Origin: Ranitomeya imitator
Taxonomy: Eukaryota
Length of the DNA: 64,000 nt
Assembly: GCF_032444005.1 (NCBI RefSeq)
Contig: NC_091291.1
Coordinates: 131,254,001 to 131,318,000, forward strand
Direction: 5' to 3'
The position numbers and the translations under genes were made by a program. The notes beneath the pieces were generated by a model, which worked only from the letters and a program-made list of their open reading frames with translations, ran no database searches and was not told the origin of the DNA. Shown here piece by piece: positions 33,629-46,500 of the stretch. Numbering within the stretch: position 1 is the stretch's first letter; every line of letters starts with the position of its first letter.

Positions 33629-36400
33629 TTAGAAGGCTTTGTTCAGCTGTTCCCATCTCTTGATTGCTGTGTCGAAAATTGAGGCGTACAAAGAGCTGAC
33701 GTACTCGGATCCAGAATCATACATGCCACTAAAGGAATAAAGGACAGAACAGTCAAGCAGGGTTCACACTTATAAGTCTGTGAAGGAAGAGCATTGGCCA
33801 ACGCTAGATCCAAACCATTTTTGAAGTCCAAGCAAAAACTTGAAACTAAAAAAATTGCCATTAGTGCCCCCATTTCTTTTCTACCCCCTCTCCCTTAATG
33901 GTGTTTTTCAAGACTTCGATATCAACTGCCTGCTATGACATATGGTGTACGCAAGAAAAGGAGATGTGCTGCAATACCTGGGTATGGTAACTGCACAGTG
34001 TACGGAGCTGTAATGTTCCAACTCCGTACACTTTTGGTCACCGTGATCAAGTGCCATGTCGACCCCTAGCGATCTGATATTGATGACCTACCATAAGGCT
34101 GAACCATCAATGCCAAAGAGAACCCCTTGACATCTCCTTGGTGGAGTGCCATTTTCAATATCAGGTGACGGTGAATTTGGATTGCCACGTTCCCAAAGTT
34201 TACGACGTACCAAGCTCCAAATCTAACAAAATCCTCACACAAACCTGCAGTGGAGGTATATTGGGATACATGGGACATGACTGAATAAGGAAACATTTTT
34301 GGCCCAGCTTTGGTAGCCCTGCACTAAAGCCACATCACCCTTAGCCAACTTACCAAAAGTCCAACTCATTGCCACCTCTAAGGAACAGGAACCATTTTGA
34401 TTTTATCTTTCGGTTGAAGGTTATAGGTGACAAGCCTGGGTCATATGTTTCCATTCTTTTAAGGTTGAAATTGACCTGCTTTGGGGGCCTAAATACTAAA
34501 GGGAGACTGTGATTCCTCATAAGTTCTAAGTCATAGTTCCCAGCTCTTCTGGAAGTCCAGAAGGCTCCCCGAAGAGTTGGCAGCCTCCAAAAAGGCAATG
34601 CTTCCCCTAACTTTTCTAGACCATACACCCCCAAACCCAATCCACATTCAGGGGGAAGGCAAAGGGGAGAAACCTAAACAAGAGGTATGTGTGCTCTCAT
34701 GTCCGTCTTATATCCAAAATATCCTTACATTGCCTGCTGTGCCAGGGGCATTTCCTTTACTTGGTTCAAAGCGTCTGTTGTTTTGGTGGCAACCTCACTG
34801 GCCAAATCCTGCACATAGTTGATTGTCGATGACAGGAAGGTTTCCTCCTCCGCAGAGACTGGAATCAGAACAGTAAAAGAACAATTAAAGCAGAAGAGTT
34901 GTGGTAAGAAGTTCATTAGGGGTTACATGGGTTAAGAAAGAACATTGGAAAAGAGGCAAAATGTTTCCTTCCTTCAAAATGCACAACCCCTTGGCTGGTA
35001 GCCATTAACATAGTTGGAGAAACTTTTATTAAAAAAAAAAAACTTTTCACGTGTCATAGGGATAAATCAAGTTTTGATCGGTGGGATTCTGAGTTCCGAG
35101 ACCCCCACTGAAGATACGCTTCATAGAAATCACCCTCCTCACTGTGATCTCTGCCGATGAAAACTTTTGACTTGACTGACACACCAAGAGTTTTTCCAAA
35201 TGAGTTGAAGAAGACAAGAAATACATGGCTGACGTTCTAGGGATACTTGCAACATCCATCTATGTATGATCATTAGGGGTTTGACCTCACCATCCAGAGA
35301 ACCGGGACACCAAAGTCTCCTGTGTGAATAGAGTAGAAGTGACCATGCGTGACCACCACTCTGTTCCCATTCCATCGCTCTATTCATAATTGGTGACTTT
35401 GGACCCTTGTTCTCAGGATCGGTGATCGGACCACCGACGGTCATACATTTCTCACCTATGCTGCCATTAGATGATGAATGTATATAGTAGAACAACCCCT
35501 TTAAATATCGGATCCAGCAGTTCTGCTCATCCACGGTCAATTGTTCCATCAGTTTGATATACTAAGGATGCATTTATGGAGCGAAAATGCTTTTTTACAT
35601 GTCTTCTGGATGTGTCCACACCAAAAATTTTAATACCCATCTGTACTGTTTATGGCGTGATTGGTGCATGCTTTTATGTTTCTGGGCGCGCAGAAAAATG
35701 TAGTGCAAAAATAGCATCTTAGGCTGCCCATAGAAGTCTATGGTGAAAAAAACTAGCACCAAAAGTAATAGTGGTATTTTAGGGAATAGATTTATAAAGA
35801 GGGTCCAGTCTTAGGAGGAAGATGGGTCAGAAAGATCTAGAAAATTTATCCCGACAACATTACTACTAAGTCAGCCCCAATGTTCTTCCCTCCAGACCTC
35901 AGACGTTAATCAACTTCTGGATTGCAAAACTTTGTGTACAACATTAGGAAAGACAGATGAGGGTTCGTGAGTCACAGTCCGACAAGAGGAAGTCAACAAA
36001 GGGTTATTAGGGGATGCAAGCGAGGCAGGAACATGGAGCACGTAAATAGTCAGATTAAAGGGTAACTGAACTTTTACGTGATTTCTTCATAGGTTGTAGC
36101 CCCTGTAAAGTAATGTTGATCGGTGGGGGTCTGGGGTTTTTGGATCCAAACCCAACACTCAAAACACTCAGCTTATGCTCGGGGGTTTTACCGATCCTCG
36201 GAGGTGGTACTCCACATTCTATGCGCTTCACAACTATCCACATGGATCAACAATACTTTTTATTGGCTTTTACGTGTCAAAAAAACATGTAAAAGTTTAG
36301 TCACCCACAAAACTTTTCTGTAAGTTGCAATATAGAGGAAGAAGTTCTCACCTGCACAGACTGCAAGGACGAGAAGAGCAGAGATCACCAGGAGCTTCAT
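33629..36400 (-). CDS. apoc3: Apolipoprotein C-III (92 aa, 3 coding exons)
   Basis: Minus-strand exons 36400-36352 (MKLLVISALLVLAVCA), 34858-34729 (VSAEEETFLSSTINYVQDLASEVATKTTDALNQVKEMPLAQQA) and 33728-33629 (IGMYDSGSEYVSSLYASIFDTAIKRWEQLNKAF*). GT-AG, phases 1 and 2. KTTDAL..V.E...AQQA resembles human KTAKDALSSVQESQVAQQA. Lies antisense between apoA-I and apoA-IV. Confidence 0.88.
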
Positions 36401-37034
36401 GTTCAGGTTATTATGACGGACCTGTGAAAAAAAAAAAAGAAAAACATCATAAAATGAAACACAAAAATATAACATATAAGTGGAGATTTGTTAGCGATTT
36501 TTAACATATGGGAAAATAAAAAATTTGCATCAAAATCCAGAGCGGCAAAATCAGCATCAAATCTTACAGATTTTTGTTGCAAAGGATGAAATCAGCAATT
36601 AAAATTTTCTCTGCAGAGTTTGAATGAGATTTTTGCGATCTTTCTTAAATCTCATCCATACTTCTACTGCAATAGCGACTTTTGTACACGCAAATCTGCC
36701 TTATGTCAGTCCCGAGTGGGTCCTGATGGTCCCTAGGGCTTATCTACGGCACTGCTGACCGGTACCTGAATAAATTAATCTACAAAATTTACAGCGGGAA
36801 AATCAGCACCAAATTGAATAGATTTTGTTGAGTTGCAAAAAGTGAAATCTGCAGTTAAAAATCCAGAACTTAGTCAATTTCAGCGCAGATTTTTTTTTTC
36901 TTGCATCGTATGGATGAGATTTTTGAAGATTTTGTAAAATCTGATCCACAATGCTGGTACCGTCCGAACCCAAATTTATTAACATAACTCCTCTTATAGG
37001 ACAATTATTGGCACAGATTTAAAGGGGAACTCAC

Positions 37035-37102
37035 CAGTTCAATACAGCACGTCGATCTCAGTCCAGTCTCTTGGTCCAATATACTGGTGCTAGTGTTATA
37101 TA
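37035..37102 (-). promoter_or_regulatory. Putative apoC-III TATA box and non-coding exon 1
   Basis: Minus-strand TATATAA at 37102-37096; donor GTGAGT begins at 37034; exon 2 acceptor TTTTCACAG ends at 36422. Confidence 0.65.
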
Positions 37103-40100
37103 GGCTGCGTCTGCTGAAGGGAGGGAGGAGGAGGAACGGTGTGCAGAGAAGGGGTGAAGGTTGCAGAGCGAGATCAGAAAGCGTGCGCTGGAACTGCTGA
37201 CTCTGGTGTCGAAGAGATAGGAAAGGATCAACTGATAGGAAATAATCTCAGAGCCAATACCTGTATAGGTGCCGATATTTGCTGAGATTTCTGCAAGTTT
37301 TAGACAAAGAGGTTCCGGGGTTTTGGGAACATTTTGCAAAAAGAAAAAAAATATATACAAGTAAGAAATCACAAGAAAATGGTAATTTGCACAACAATGT
37401 TTTGTTATTTTACATTTTTTAATGTAAAAATCACCTGAAGCATTGCAACTAAATGGCCATCTGATATAAAGCATGGGATCCCACGCTTGGGAGGTCCGCA
37501 TGCTGTAATATGGCATAAGGAAGGGGCTCGTCTTTCCATATGTTGTATATATATGGGTTACGATTCATTGGGTCACCTCTCCTCTTTCTGACCACTGTTG
37601 TCCTCCATCATCGCGACACTTCACCTGTTGATGTCAAGGGCTCCTGGTTTCTTTCAGAGTCCGTGCACGCTAATATCACCCAGTGGGTAGCTCTATTACA
37701 CTGGGGTCTTGGGTGCAAATCCCACCCAGGACAACATCTGCAAGGACTTTGTATGTTCCCCTTTCCTCTGCATGGGTTTCCTCCGGGTTCTCCATTTTTC
37801 TCCTACACTCCAAGGACATACTGGTAGGGAAAGTAGACTGTGAGCCTCATTGGGGACAGCGATGATGATGATCATATTCTCTAGTCTATATCCTACTTTA
37901 TCTTCAGGACCTCCATTCCTTTGCATATGGCACAACTCTGCCAACCCCAAACTTTGGTCTGCCTGACCACATTCACGCCAGCTGCCACAGTACCGCAACT
38001 TGGATTCTTCTGCTGTCTACATGTTAGCTGTCACAAATGGAGACTACTGAGGGCAGCAACATGTCTGCATGCCCTGGTGGTGGTCAAGGTTGAAGAATGC
38101 AAAATCCCATAGATTCCGGTCCTTGGTTTATAGCTCTACGACAAATCTGCACAGTGGGTCCATGAGTGAAATGGGTCCATGCATCCAGTTGTCCATTGGT
38201 ACGCGTTTGACGCGCTGAAGCAAAAGTCTTTGTTTCCATGGCTCACCAAATGGGATGTTCCACCATCTTGGCTACCTTGGGTCCTTTAAGGAGTCAGATG
38301 ATCAAAAGATTAAGATATACGGGATGGAGACAGAATGTTATTGTGGCTTCTCTCTCGGTTACAAAAAATAATATCTGGAAATCTGACCGTGCCCAATTAC
38401 ATTGGGACCAGCAGAAATCTTCCCTCCTTAGATGTGGTTCCAAAAACTATGGTGGTGCATCATCAATACAAGCCACCAGCTCTTCTGTAGTTCTTTGACA
38501 AGATCTGGTGGCCAGATGAGGTATGTGCCTCCAGTTGTTGGGTGCCAGGATGGTCACCACCATGGTACTCTGCTTTGGCCAGAGTTTTTTTAGATTACAA
38601 AGTTAGAGTAGCAAAGTGAATCGTTACCCAAGGTGAATAAGGACCTAACTACATCTCTACAGTGGGATCATATGAGGTGTAAGGGGGCATCATGTATTTC
38701 ATGAAATCCCTCCAGGGTCAGATTTAAAGATTTCAGATGGAGATATTTCTTTATACAAAACGCTGGGTTAATTTGAAGGAAGCAGGAACTGCGACACATG
38801 GGACTGCAGGTAAGTAGGCTTCTTAAAGGATGATTCTCCCCCAAAATCAAGTATTTTGTGGATAGGGGATAATTTTCTGATCACTAGGAGTCCTACCACT
38901 GGGACCCCCCAGTGATTTTGAGGTTGGAGCTCGGAAACCCTGAGAACGGGGCTCTGCAGCCATATCACGGATATAGTGGAGATGCACCTGCTTGACCTCT
39001 GCACCAATCGTTGCCTATGGGACTTATGGAAATAGTGGTGTGCAACCCTCAGCAGAGCCATGAACAATGAAAGGAGAAAAGGCCGCGCATGCACACCTTC
39101 ATACTGTTCAGAATGGAGCTACAGGGGATAATGTAACTTGTTTTTTTTGGGGAAAAATACTTTAAAAAGGTGAATTACTGAATTTTCAATTGTTATACCT
39201 CATTTTTGCACGCCTGCTTAGAATTGTCAGAACTCCCTTATAAGTGAATGAAGAGAGTTGCACATGCGCAGCCACCTATACATTCCCAGGAGCACAAGTC
39301 AGGACCATTCTAACAATAGGTACCGGAGATGGGACCTGCATCTCTAGACATTTATGACATATCTTGAGTATACGTTCTAAATGGCTGATATAAGGTTCCC
39401 ATTAGAGTGATTTAGCATGGAAACCATATTGTAAAGGTCTAAAGCTAGGCTCACATTCATACATTGTTGCGTTGGGGGTTTCCATCTAATTCCCTGAGAA
39501 CAATATCCAGTCAGAACCCCTGATGAAGCCATTCAGTTTAATTGAGCTGACGGAGTCACTTTGTCTTCCATTCAAGCAGTGTCCCTCTTCTTAGGTGGAC
39601 AAAAAAGCATAGTCTACCCTAGTCTTTTATGTCCACCTAAAAAAACCCAATGGTCATCATGAGAATTGAGGCCAAACGGAGTGCAAAGTGATTCCGGCTG
39701 CCCCTTTGAATATTGAATGTCTTCATTGAGGCTTCATCAGGGGTTACAGCTGAATCCGATTGTTTGGAGATTTTGACAAAAAACCCAAAGTGCTCAGTGT
39801 GGAGGATTGTACAAATGTGAACCTGGCCATTTGATTTACGGCATTTTCATTAGAGTTGGTGCAAATCAATACCCAGGACCTGGTCCATCAACCATGTCAA
39901 TAATAGTCGCTGGATGGGAGCCATAAGAGCTGTCTCCAAACTCCTGACATCTGACGCTCTTTTTTTGATTACCCGACCTGGGCACATGTTGGCTACTCAA
40001 AAGAAGAGCCTCGGATATTGCCAGGTACTAGGAGGTTCTCACAGCTCCTGTCCGGCGACCACAGATCATTGACGTGGCTGATGGACTGGGTCCTGGAAAT

Positions 40101-40828
40101 CGATTTTCACCATGTCTAGATTTTATACACATTTTATGATGTCGGAGTTAATCTGAACTTTCTGTTTTCGTCAGATACTTTGCTCTGATGGAAGGTGAGC
40201 AGACTTTGGTATGGGATACACATCACAGCTTCTAACTACATGGAGATAAGACTCTGTGCTGACAACATATTTATCTCAGTCCGTCCATAACCTGACATGG
40301 CTCAGATCCACGTATATGGCACGGAAAGCCCCATAGTCCAGGAATATGAACCAACGATACAATATCATCTATTCCGCTTTATGTTATTTTAGAAAATTAG
40401 ACATAAAAGTGATCACCGTTACCACAAAGTTCACACCAGGCTACTGCAGCCCCAAATGCCATATTGACAGCCTAAAAAAGGTTCTCCGGTCAGATTTACT
40501 ACAGAATCCGGCAATCATGTGCTCACCATCTGCTCCTATGCAAGGGGGCAATAAAAGTCTAAGTCAAGATCACATCTGCAGGTACTAAATTGCTGTTTGT
40601 TTAGCTGAGAATGGATGTTAGACCTTGTTCAGACCAAAAAGTATCTGTATTACAGCCTCAAGTCCTGGGCCAGCGGATTTTACTCCTCCAACTACCAATG
40701 TTATAGGGTTCTATGATATTGTCAGGACTTGAGGGTGCAATATTGATGCTAAAATGTCCCCCAATGAGTCTTTAATCTGTCGAATGGAAGGAAAGTTGGT
40801 CGCTCTTTTATCCATCTATAGAGCCATA

Positions 40829-41256
40829 TAGGCTTGAGCGAAACGGATCGGACAAATTCAAAAGTCGCCGACTTTTGGCACCCGATCCTAGTGTGGGATC
40901 GGCCATGCAGTCGGTGATCTTCGCGTTTCGTATGACGCACTTGGCGCCATTTTTTTAGCCAATGAAGGAGCGTGGGCAGAGTGATGACATAGGTCTTAGG
41001 GGCATGGACGCCTATCGCCATCTTGTCGCTTGTGCGCTGTAGCGATTTGCAATGTGTAACACCAGCTTTTCTGTTCAGGGACGGAGGAGAGAGAGAGAGA
41101 GAAAAATTACCCATTGACTTTGCATTGGGTTTCGTGTTTCGGTCGATCCCCGACTTTTCGCCATAATCGGCCGATTTCACTTGACTCGACTTTTGAGATA
41201 GTCGGGTTTTGCGAAACCCAACTCGACCCTAAAAAAGTAAAGGTCGCTCAACCCTA
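40829..41256. mobile_element. hAT-type MITE
   Basis: TAGGCTTGAGCG...CGCTCAACCCTA termini with a perfect 8-bp TSD GAGCCATA (40821-40828 and 41257-41264). Confidence 0.85.
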
Positions 41257-41464
41257 GAGCCATATATTTTGTGGCACTCACCACCGATGATGGCCGTAGG
41301 ATGTATCAGTTCAGAGCGTCTCCCTTCCCTTCCCATTGGTGTAGCATGTTCCAGCGCCAATGATAGCAAGTGCTGTGTCCAATCAAAAGTCAGCAAAAGA
41401 AAAAGCTTTAAAAACTTTTCAAAACTGCTTTAAGAAACAAAAAACTTCTCCAAAAACTCCCTAA

Positions 41465-41782
41465 GGCTACGTTCACATTAGCGTTGCGCCGCTGTTGCGT
41501 CGGCGACGCAGCGGCGACGCAGCGGCGACGCGCCCCTATGTTTAACATAGGGGACGCGTGCGTTTTTTGGGTGGCGTTTTTCGCCACGTGCGTCGTTTCC
41601 GACGCTAGCGTCGGACGCAAGAAAATGCAACAAGTTGCATTTTCTGTGCGTCCGATTTTCGTCAAAAACGACGCACGCGTCGCAAAACGCGCGCGTTTTT
41701 GCGCGCGTTTGCGCGCGTTTTTCCGTGCGTCGCGCGTTGCGTCGCCGACGCAGGGCGGCGCAACGCTAATGTGAACGTAGCC
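41465..41782. mobile_element. Palindromic T2/Kolobok-type MITE
   Basis: GGCTACGTTCACATTAGCGTTGCGCCG...CGGCGCAACGCTAATGTGAACGTAGCC; CpG-rich and nearly self-complementary, flanked by TAA. Confidence 0.75.
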
Positions 41783-43324
41783 TAAGGCTATGTGCACACA
41801 GAGTTTGTAGAGAAACTTGGCGGAAACTGGGCAGGAACTCTCTAAATGCTCCTGAAAACGTTGAGTTGACTCCTTGTCCACATAGCTAAAAAAAGTAGCA
41901 TTTCCTGCAGTGGTTTCTACTAGAAAGCTCGTCATTTTTGAACAGCCACCCAAAAAAACTCCCTAAGGATATGTTCACACTGCATCATTTTCCTGCATTT
42001 TTTTGTGCAAATAAAGATCGGACAAAACGTTAAAAAGGAAGGACGTACTTAATTCCATGGAAAAATGACTTGCTGTTCACATTAGATTTTCAAAACGAAA
42101 ACGGGAAAGTTTCCGGATGCATCTTCTTCTTGAAAAATGGATGTTTTTCACCGACGGGGAAAAAAAAAATGCAGTTGGAAGATACTCCAAGAATATGCTC
42201 TCTCAATAAATCTCTTTGCTGAATTTTCGGAACAGACACTGAGCTGAACCTCCAAATTTTTGAGAAGTTTTGAATTTTTTGACGAGGATTCATAAAGTTC
42301 CTTCTCAGTTTCAGGACGTTGCTTTTTGGTTATCAACTCTATAAAGATGGATGCACTTATTAAGTTATCATTAAAGTTAACTTTCACAGCAGAATAGAAT
42401 GCGTAAAAAAAACCAGTTGGGTCCAATTGGTGTCGATAGGATATCGAAAACCTGAAATTGTTTTATAAAATCCCTTTCCATAAGTTTTCTTATGGCTCTT
42501 GGTGCTCACAAAAAGCAGCAGATGTCCCGGTAAAGGGTCCAACACTGAATCCAGTGGGCAGATGATAATTTTTGCAGTCTAGAATATCCCTTTAATGTCG
42601 ATGAAATGCTAAATCATCACCGGTATCAGCATATCCCTACGGGACAATTCCCAGAGGATGGCGCCGCTCCGAGCCCTGTGATCCCGGGCATTCTCATTAC
42701 ATTATGACACTTGAGCGGCTGAGCGCTGCCGCCGATGATGGGCTGCAGCCGACACAATTCCGTTATATTGAACCTTTCCTAGCCAAAATTAATTATCGTG
42801 ATGAGATCAAAATCATAAACCCTTCACGTGGATTTATGTCTAGCAAATATTTTCTCAGTTCCCGGGATTGTCAATTAACTTTGTATTCTTCCAAATACCA
42901 GAACAGACCACAAAGTAATTCCAAGTATTCTATTAGGACAAAGTGATCAATTTGTAGAGTTTTATTTTTTTTTGACCCCGTTCCATCAGTAAACAGATTA
43001 TTCAGGCTGATGCTTTAGAATCTTTTTCCCGGATTGTGCCCCTTGTTATTGTGAATGTCCACAGATGTGACCCAAAATAACCTCGGGCTCACAGACAAGG
43101 AGCGTTTTGTAAGGATGGACACTTGTTATTTTTTTTGTGTGTTAACTAAGCAGTTTTCGAACAAAAACAAATATTCACTCGCCCCCCCCCCCAACCTGCT
43201 CCTCCACCGCCATCACCACCGTCCATCATCGTGACTCAGTGTCCAGGGTTTACAGGACTAATCAAGCTTTCAGCATCGCTCGGAAAATAGGAACACGTCA
43301 GGAATTCCACGTTGTAAAGGTGAT

Positions 43325-43437
43325 CTAAAGTCCAGGACGTTGCCTTGAAGCCCCGCCGCCGCCGCGACACAGAGATAGTCTACTATAAAGGGCGGCTCGT
43401 GGTTTCTACTCATCATCGTCAGACACCCGGAGATCAG
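43325..43437 (+). promoter_or_regulatory. Putative apoA-IV promoter and non-coding exon 1
   Basis: HNF4-type CTAAAGTCCA at 43325-43334, TATAAA at 43384-43389, donor CAG|GTAAG at 43438, pyrimidine-rich acceptor TTTCTTTCTATAG ending at 43552. Confidence 0.65.
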
Positions 43438-43594
43438 GTAAGAAAACTAGGGGCAGAGAGGGGTAACCAAAACCCCAAAAATGGAAGGGGGTCTGGTGGG
43501 ATTAATAGAAGGGCAGCTCATTTTTACTCATCACCACCCTTTCTTTCTATAGTTTTATACGTCTGGGAAACTTGGCCCCATCCAAAGAGTCAAC

Positions 43595-46500
43595 ATGTTG
43601 GCGAGGGTGGCAGTGGTGGCACTGGTTTTGTGCACAATCACAGGTCAGTATCGGTTGTGTGGTTCTGGATGATCTGTAGTTGTCTAATGGGAGGATGAGA
43701 ATAATATATATATATATTGACACTTAAAGGGGGTGTCCACTTTAGCCTTATTTTAACAAAAGGTATTGAGGACACGACTTTGCGACTCTAATAAATAAGT
43801 ATTGCGGGTTCTCTTTCTTCATCACAGACAGCACAGATTTCTTACCCCCAGTATGGCCGCTGATGGAGGAGCATGTGACCAGACCTGTCAATCAGCCTCC
43901 TCCAATTGAAAAGCACTGCACACGGGAAAGCTATTTTTCGATTGGAGGAGACTGGTCAGCAGGGACGTCTCTATAATAGATGTCGTTGCTGCAATCGCAC
44001 CTGATCCCTGGGTCCTAGGGAGCCCAAAAGGTGTCTTTGGCCCATATGAAAGACCATTAGTAATAAGGACTTGCAATAGTTGGGGGGCCCGTTAGAGCTT
44101 TTGCATTGGGGTCCATGATCTACAAGTTACGCCTCTGCTGATCAGGTCTGGTCACATGCATTTTTGAGAATAGGTTACTGTGCAGTTTGTGAGGAAGGTT
44201 CCGCTAACAAGGGGGTAGACAATCTGTAATAATTAATACTACACTATAAGAGTGCGCTCACACTGGCAGATAACATGGCCGAGTGCTATATAATGTTTTA
44301 TCGGATAGCCCTCTGGCCAGTGTTATTCTATGGGGCAGAGCAGATCTCAGCATGCTGCGAGTAAAACATCAGAATGCAGTCGGATGTACGCTCACAGAGA
44401 CAATGAAGAAGATGGAGAAATTAAGTTCTCCATCTTCTTAGCAATTGTGCTGGGATTCTCTCCTGCCATAGAATCGGATCACTCTTGGCTCAAACTCTGA
44501 CAAAGTTTGAGTTGAGTGTTATTAGCACAATCGGCCCGATTGTCTTGCATGAGAGAATATATGCCAGTGTAAGCTAACCCTTTATACTGTAAAATACTTT
44601 AACGATAATGCACAAAATCATATCTCCAACACATGTTGAAAAAAACACACAACATAGACAAACCCTTTACTGCTGTCTCATAGAATCCATGTAAAATGTC
44701 AGCCACATCTCTTTCACCATCAGAATCTTCTGCTCATGTTTTCATCTCCACCAGAATATCAGGTTTATATGCAATATTTGTAATATATGTTTTACTTATT
44801 AGTAAATTATCTTCCAGCCATTCCTTATATCCTTTTTGCCATGCAAGTGTCATAGCGCAAAACAACTAAATGTCCTAAACTATCCCGTTGCTCATGCTGT
44901 GGAGTTTACAGGTGACGCATGCGCTTGGCAGATATCTGTAGAGCAGTGTTCCCCAACTCCCGTCCTCAAGAGACACCACGGGTCATGTTTTCAGGATTTC
45001 CATAGTATTGTACAGGTGATAATTCCATCATCTGGGCAATACTAAGGAGGTCCTGAAAACATGATCTGCTGGTGGTTCTTGAGGACGGGAGTGGATAACA
45101 TTGCTGTAGAATGATCCTGAAAACATGATCTGCTGGTGGTTCTTGAGGACTAGAGTTGGGTAACATTGCTGTAGACGGATCCTGAAAACATGATCTGCTG
45201 GTGGTTCTTGAGGACTAGAGTTGGGTAACATTGCTGTAGAAGGATCCTGAAAACATGATCTGCTGGTGGTTCTTGAGGACTAGAGTTGGGTAACATTGCT
45301 GTAGACGGATCCTGAAAACATGATCTGTTGGTTGTTCTTGAGGACTAGAGTTGGGTAACTTTGCTGTAGATGGATCCTGAAAACATGATCTGCTGGTGGT
45401 TCTTGAGGACTAGAGTTGGGTAACATTGCTGTAGACGGATCCTGAAAACATGATCTGCTGGTGGTTCTTGAGGACTAGAGTTGGGTAACATTGCTGTAGA
45501 CGGATCCTGAAAACATGATCTGCTGGTTGTTCTTGAGGACTAGAGTTGGGTAACATTGCTGTAGATGGATCCTGAAAACATGATCTGCTGGTGGTTCTTG
45601 AGGACTAGAGTTGGGTAACATTGCTGTAGACGGATCCTGAAAACATGATCTGCTGGTGGTTCTTGAGGACTAGAGTTGGGTAACATTGCTGTAGACGGAT
45701 CCTGAAAACATGATCTGCTGGTTGTTCTTGAGGACTAGAGTTGGGTAACATTGCTGTAGATGGATCCTGAAAACATGATCTGCTGGTGGTTCTTGAGGAC
45801 TAGAGTTGGGTAACATTGCTGTAGACGGATCCTGAAAACATGATCTGCTGGTGGTTCTTGAGGACTAGAGTTGGGTAACATTGCTGTAGACGGATCCTGA
45901 AAACATGATCTGTTGGTGGTTCTTGAGGACTAGAGTTGGGTAACATTGCTGTAGATGGATCCTGAAAACAGGATCTGCTGGTAGTTCTTGAGGACTAGAG
46001 TTGGGTAACATTGCTGTAGACAGATCCTGAAAACATGATCTGTTGGTGGTTCTTGAGGACTAGAGCTGACTTGACGGATCATGTTGCTAATGCTGTGCAG
46101 TTAATCAGTGACCCACACTAGCCAAATATCTGAAGAGGGATCCTGTTGATCCTGCTGATCAGTTTATGAGATGACACACACATACACAAGCAAACTAGCC
46201 AAATATCTGAGGAGGGATCCTGTTCCTCATGTTGTGCAGATCATCGAGGATGAAGAGTGGTGGATGGAGTATGAATTGTAAAAATTTTTCGTTCTTCACT
46301 TTAAAAAAAACTCATGTCTAGAACGGAATAATCTTCTAATGTACTTAATGGATGAATACCATCTTAGTAGGTTATCACCGAAGTTATAAGGAATGTGATA
46401 ACTTGTTGATCACTAGAGCTCGCACCTTTGGAATCCTTCTCGATTCCAAGATTGGAGCTTTATGACTAGAGTAGCGGTTGAGCATGTACTCCACCGCACC

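Noticed and set aside
38200-38800. Possible degraded L1 ORF1 on the minus strand (PDLVKELQK-like)
   Set aside because: Only short motifs across stops and frameshifts; cannot be supported without a repeat-library search.
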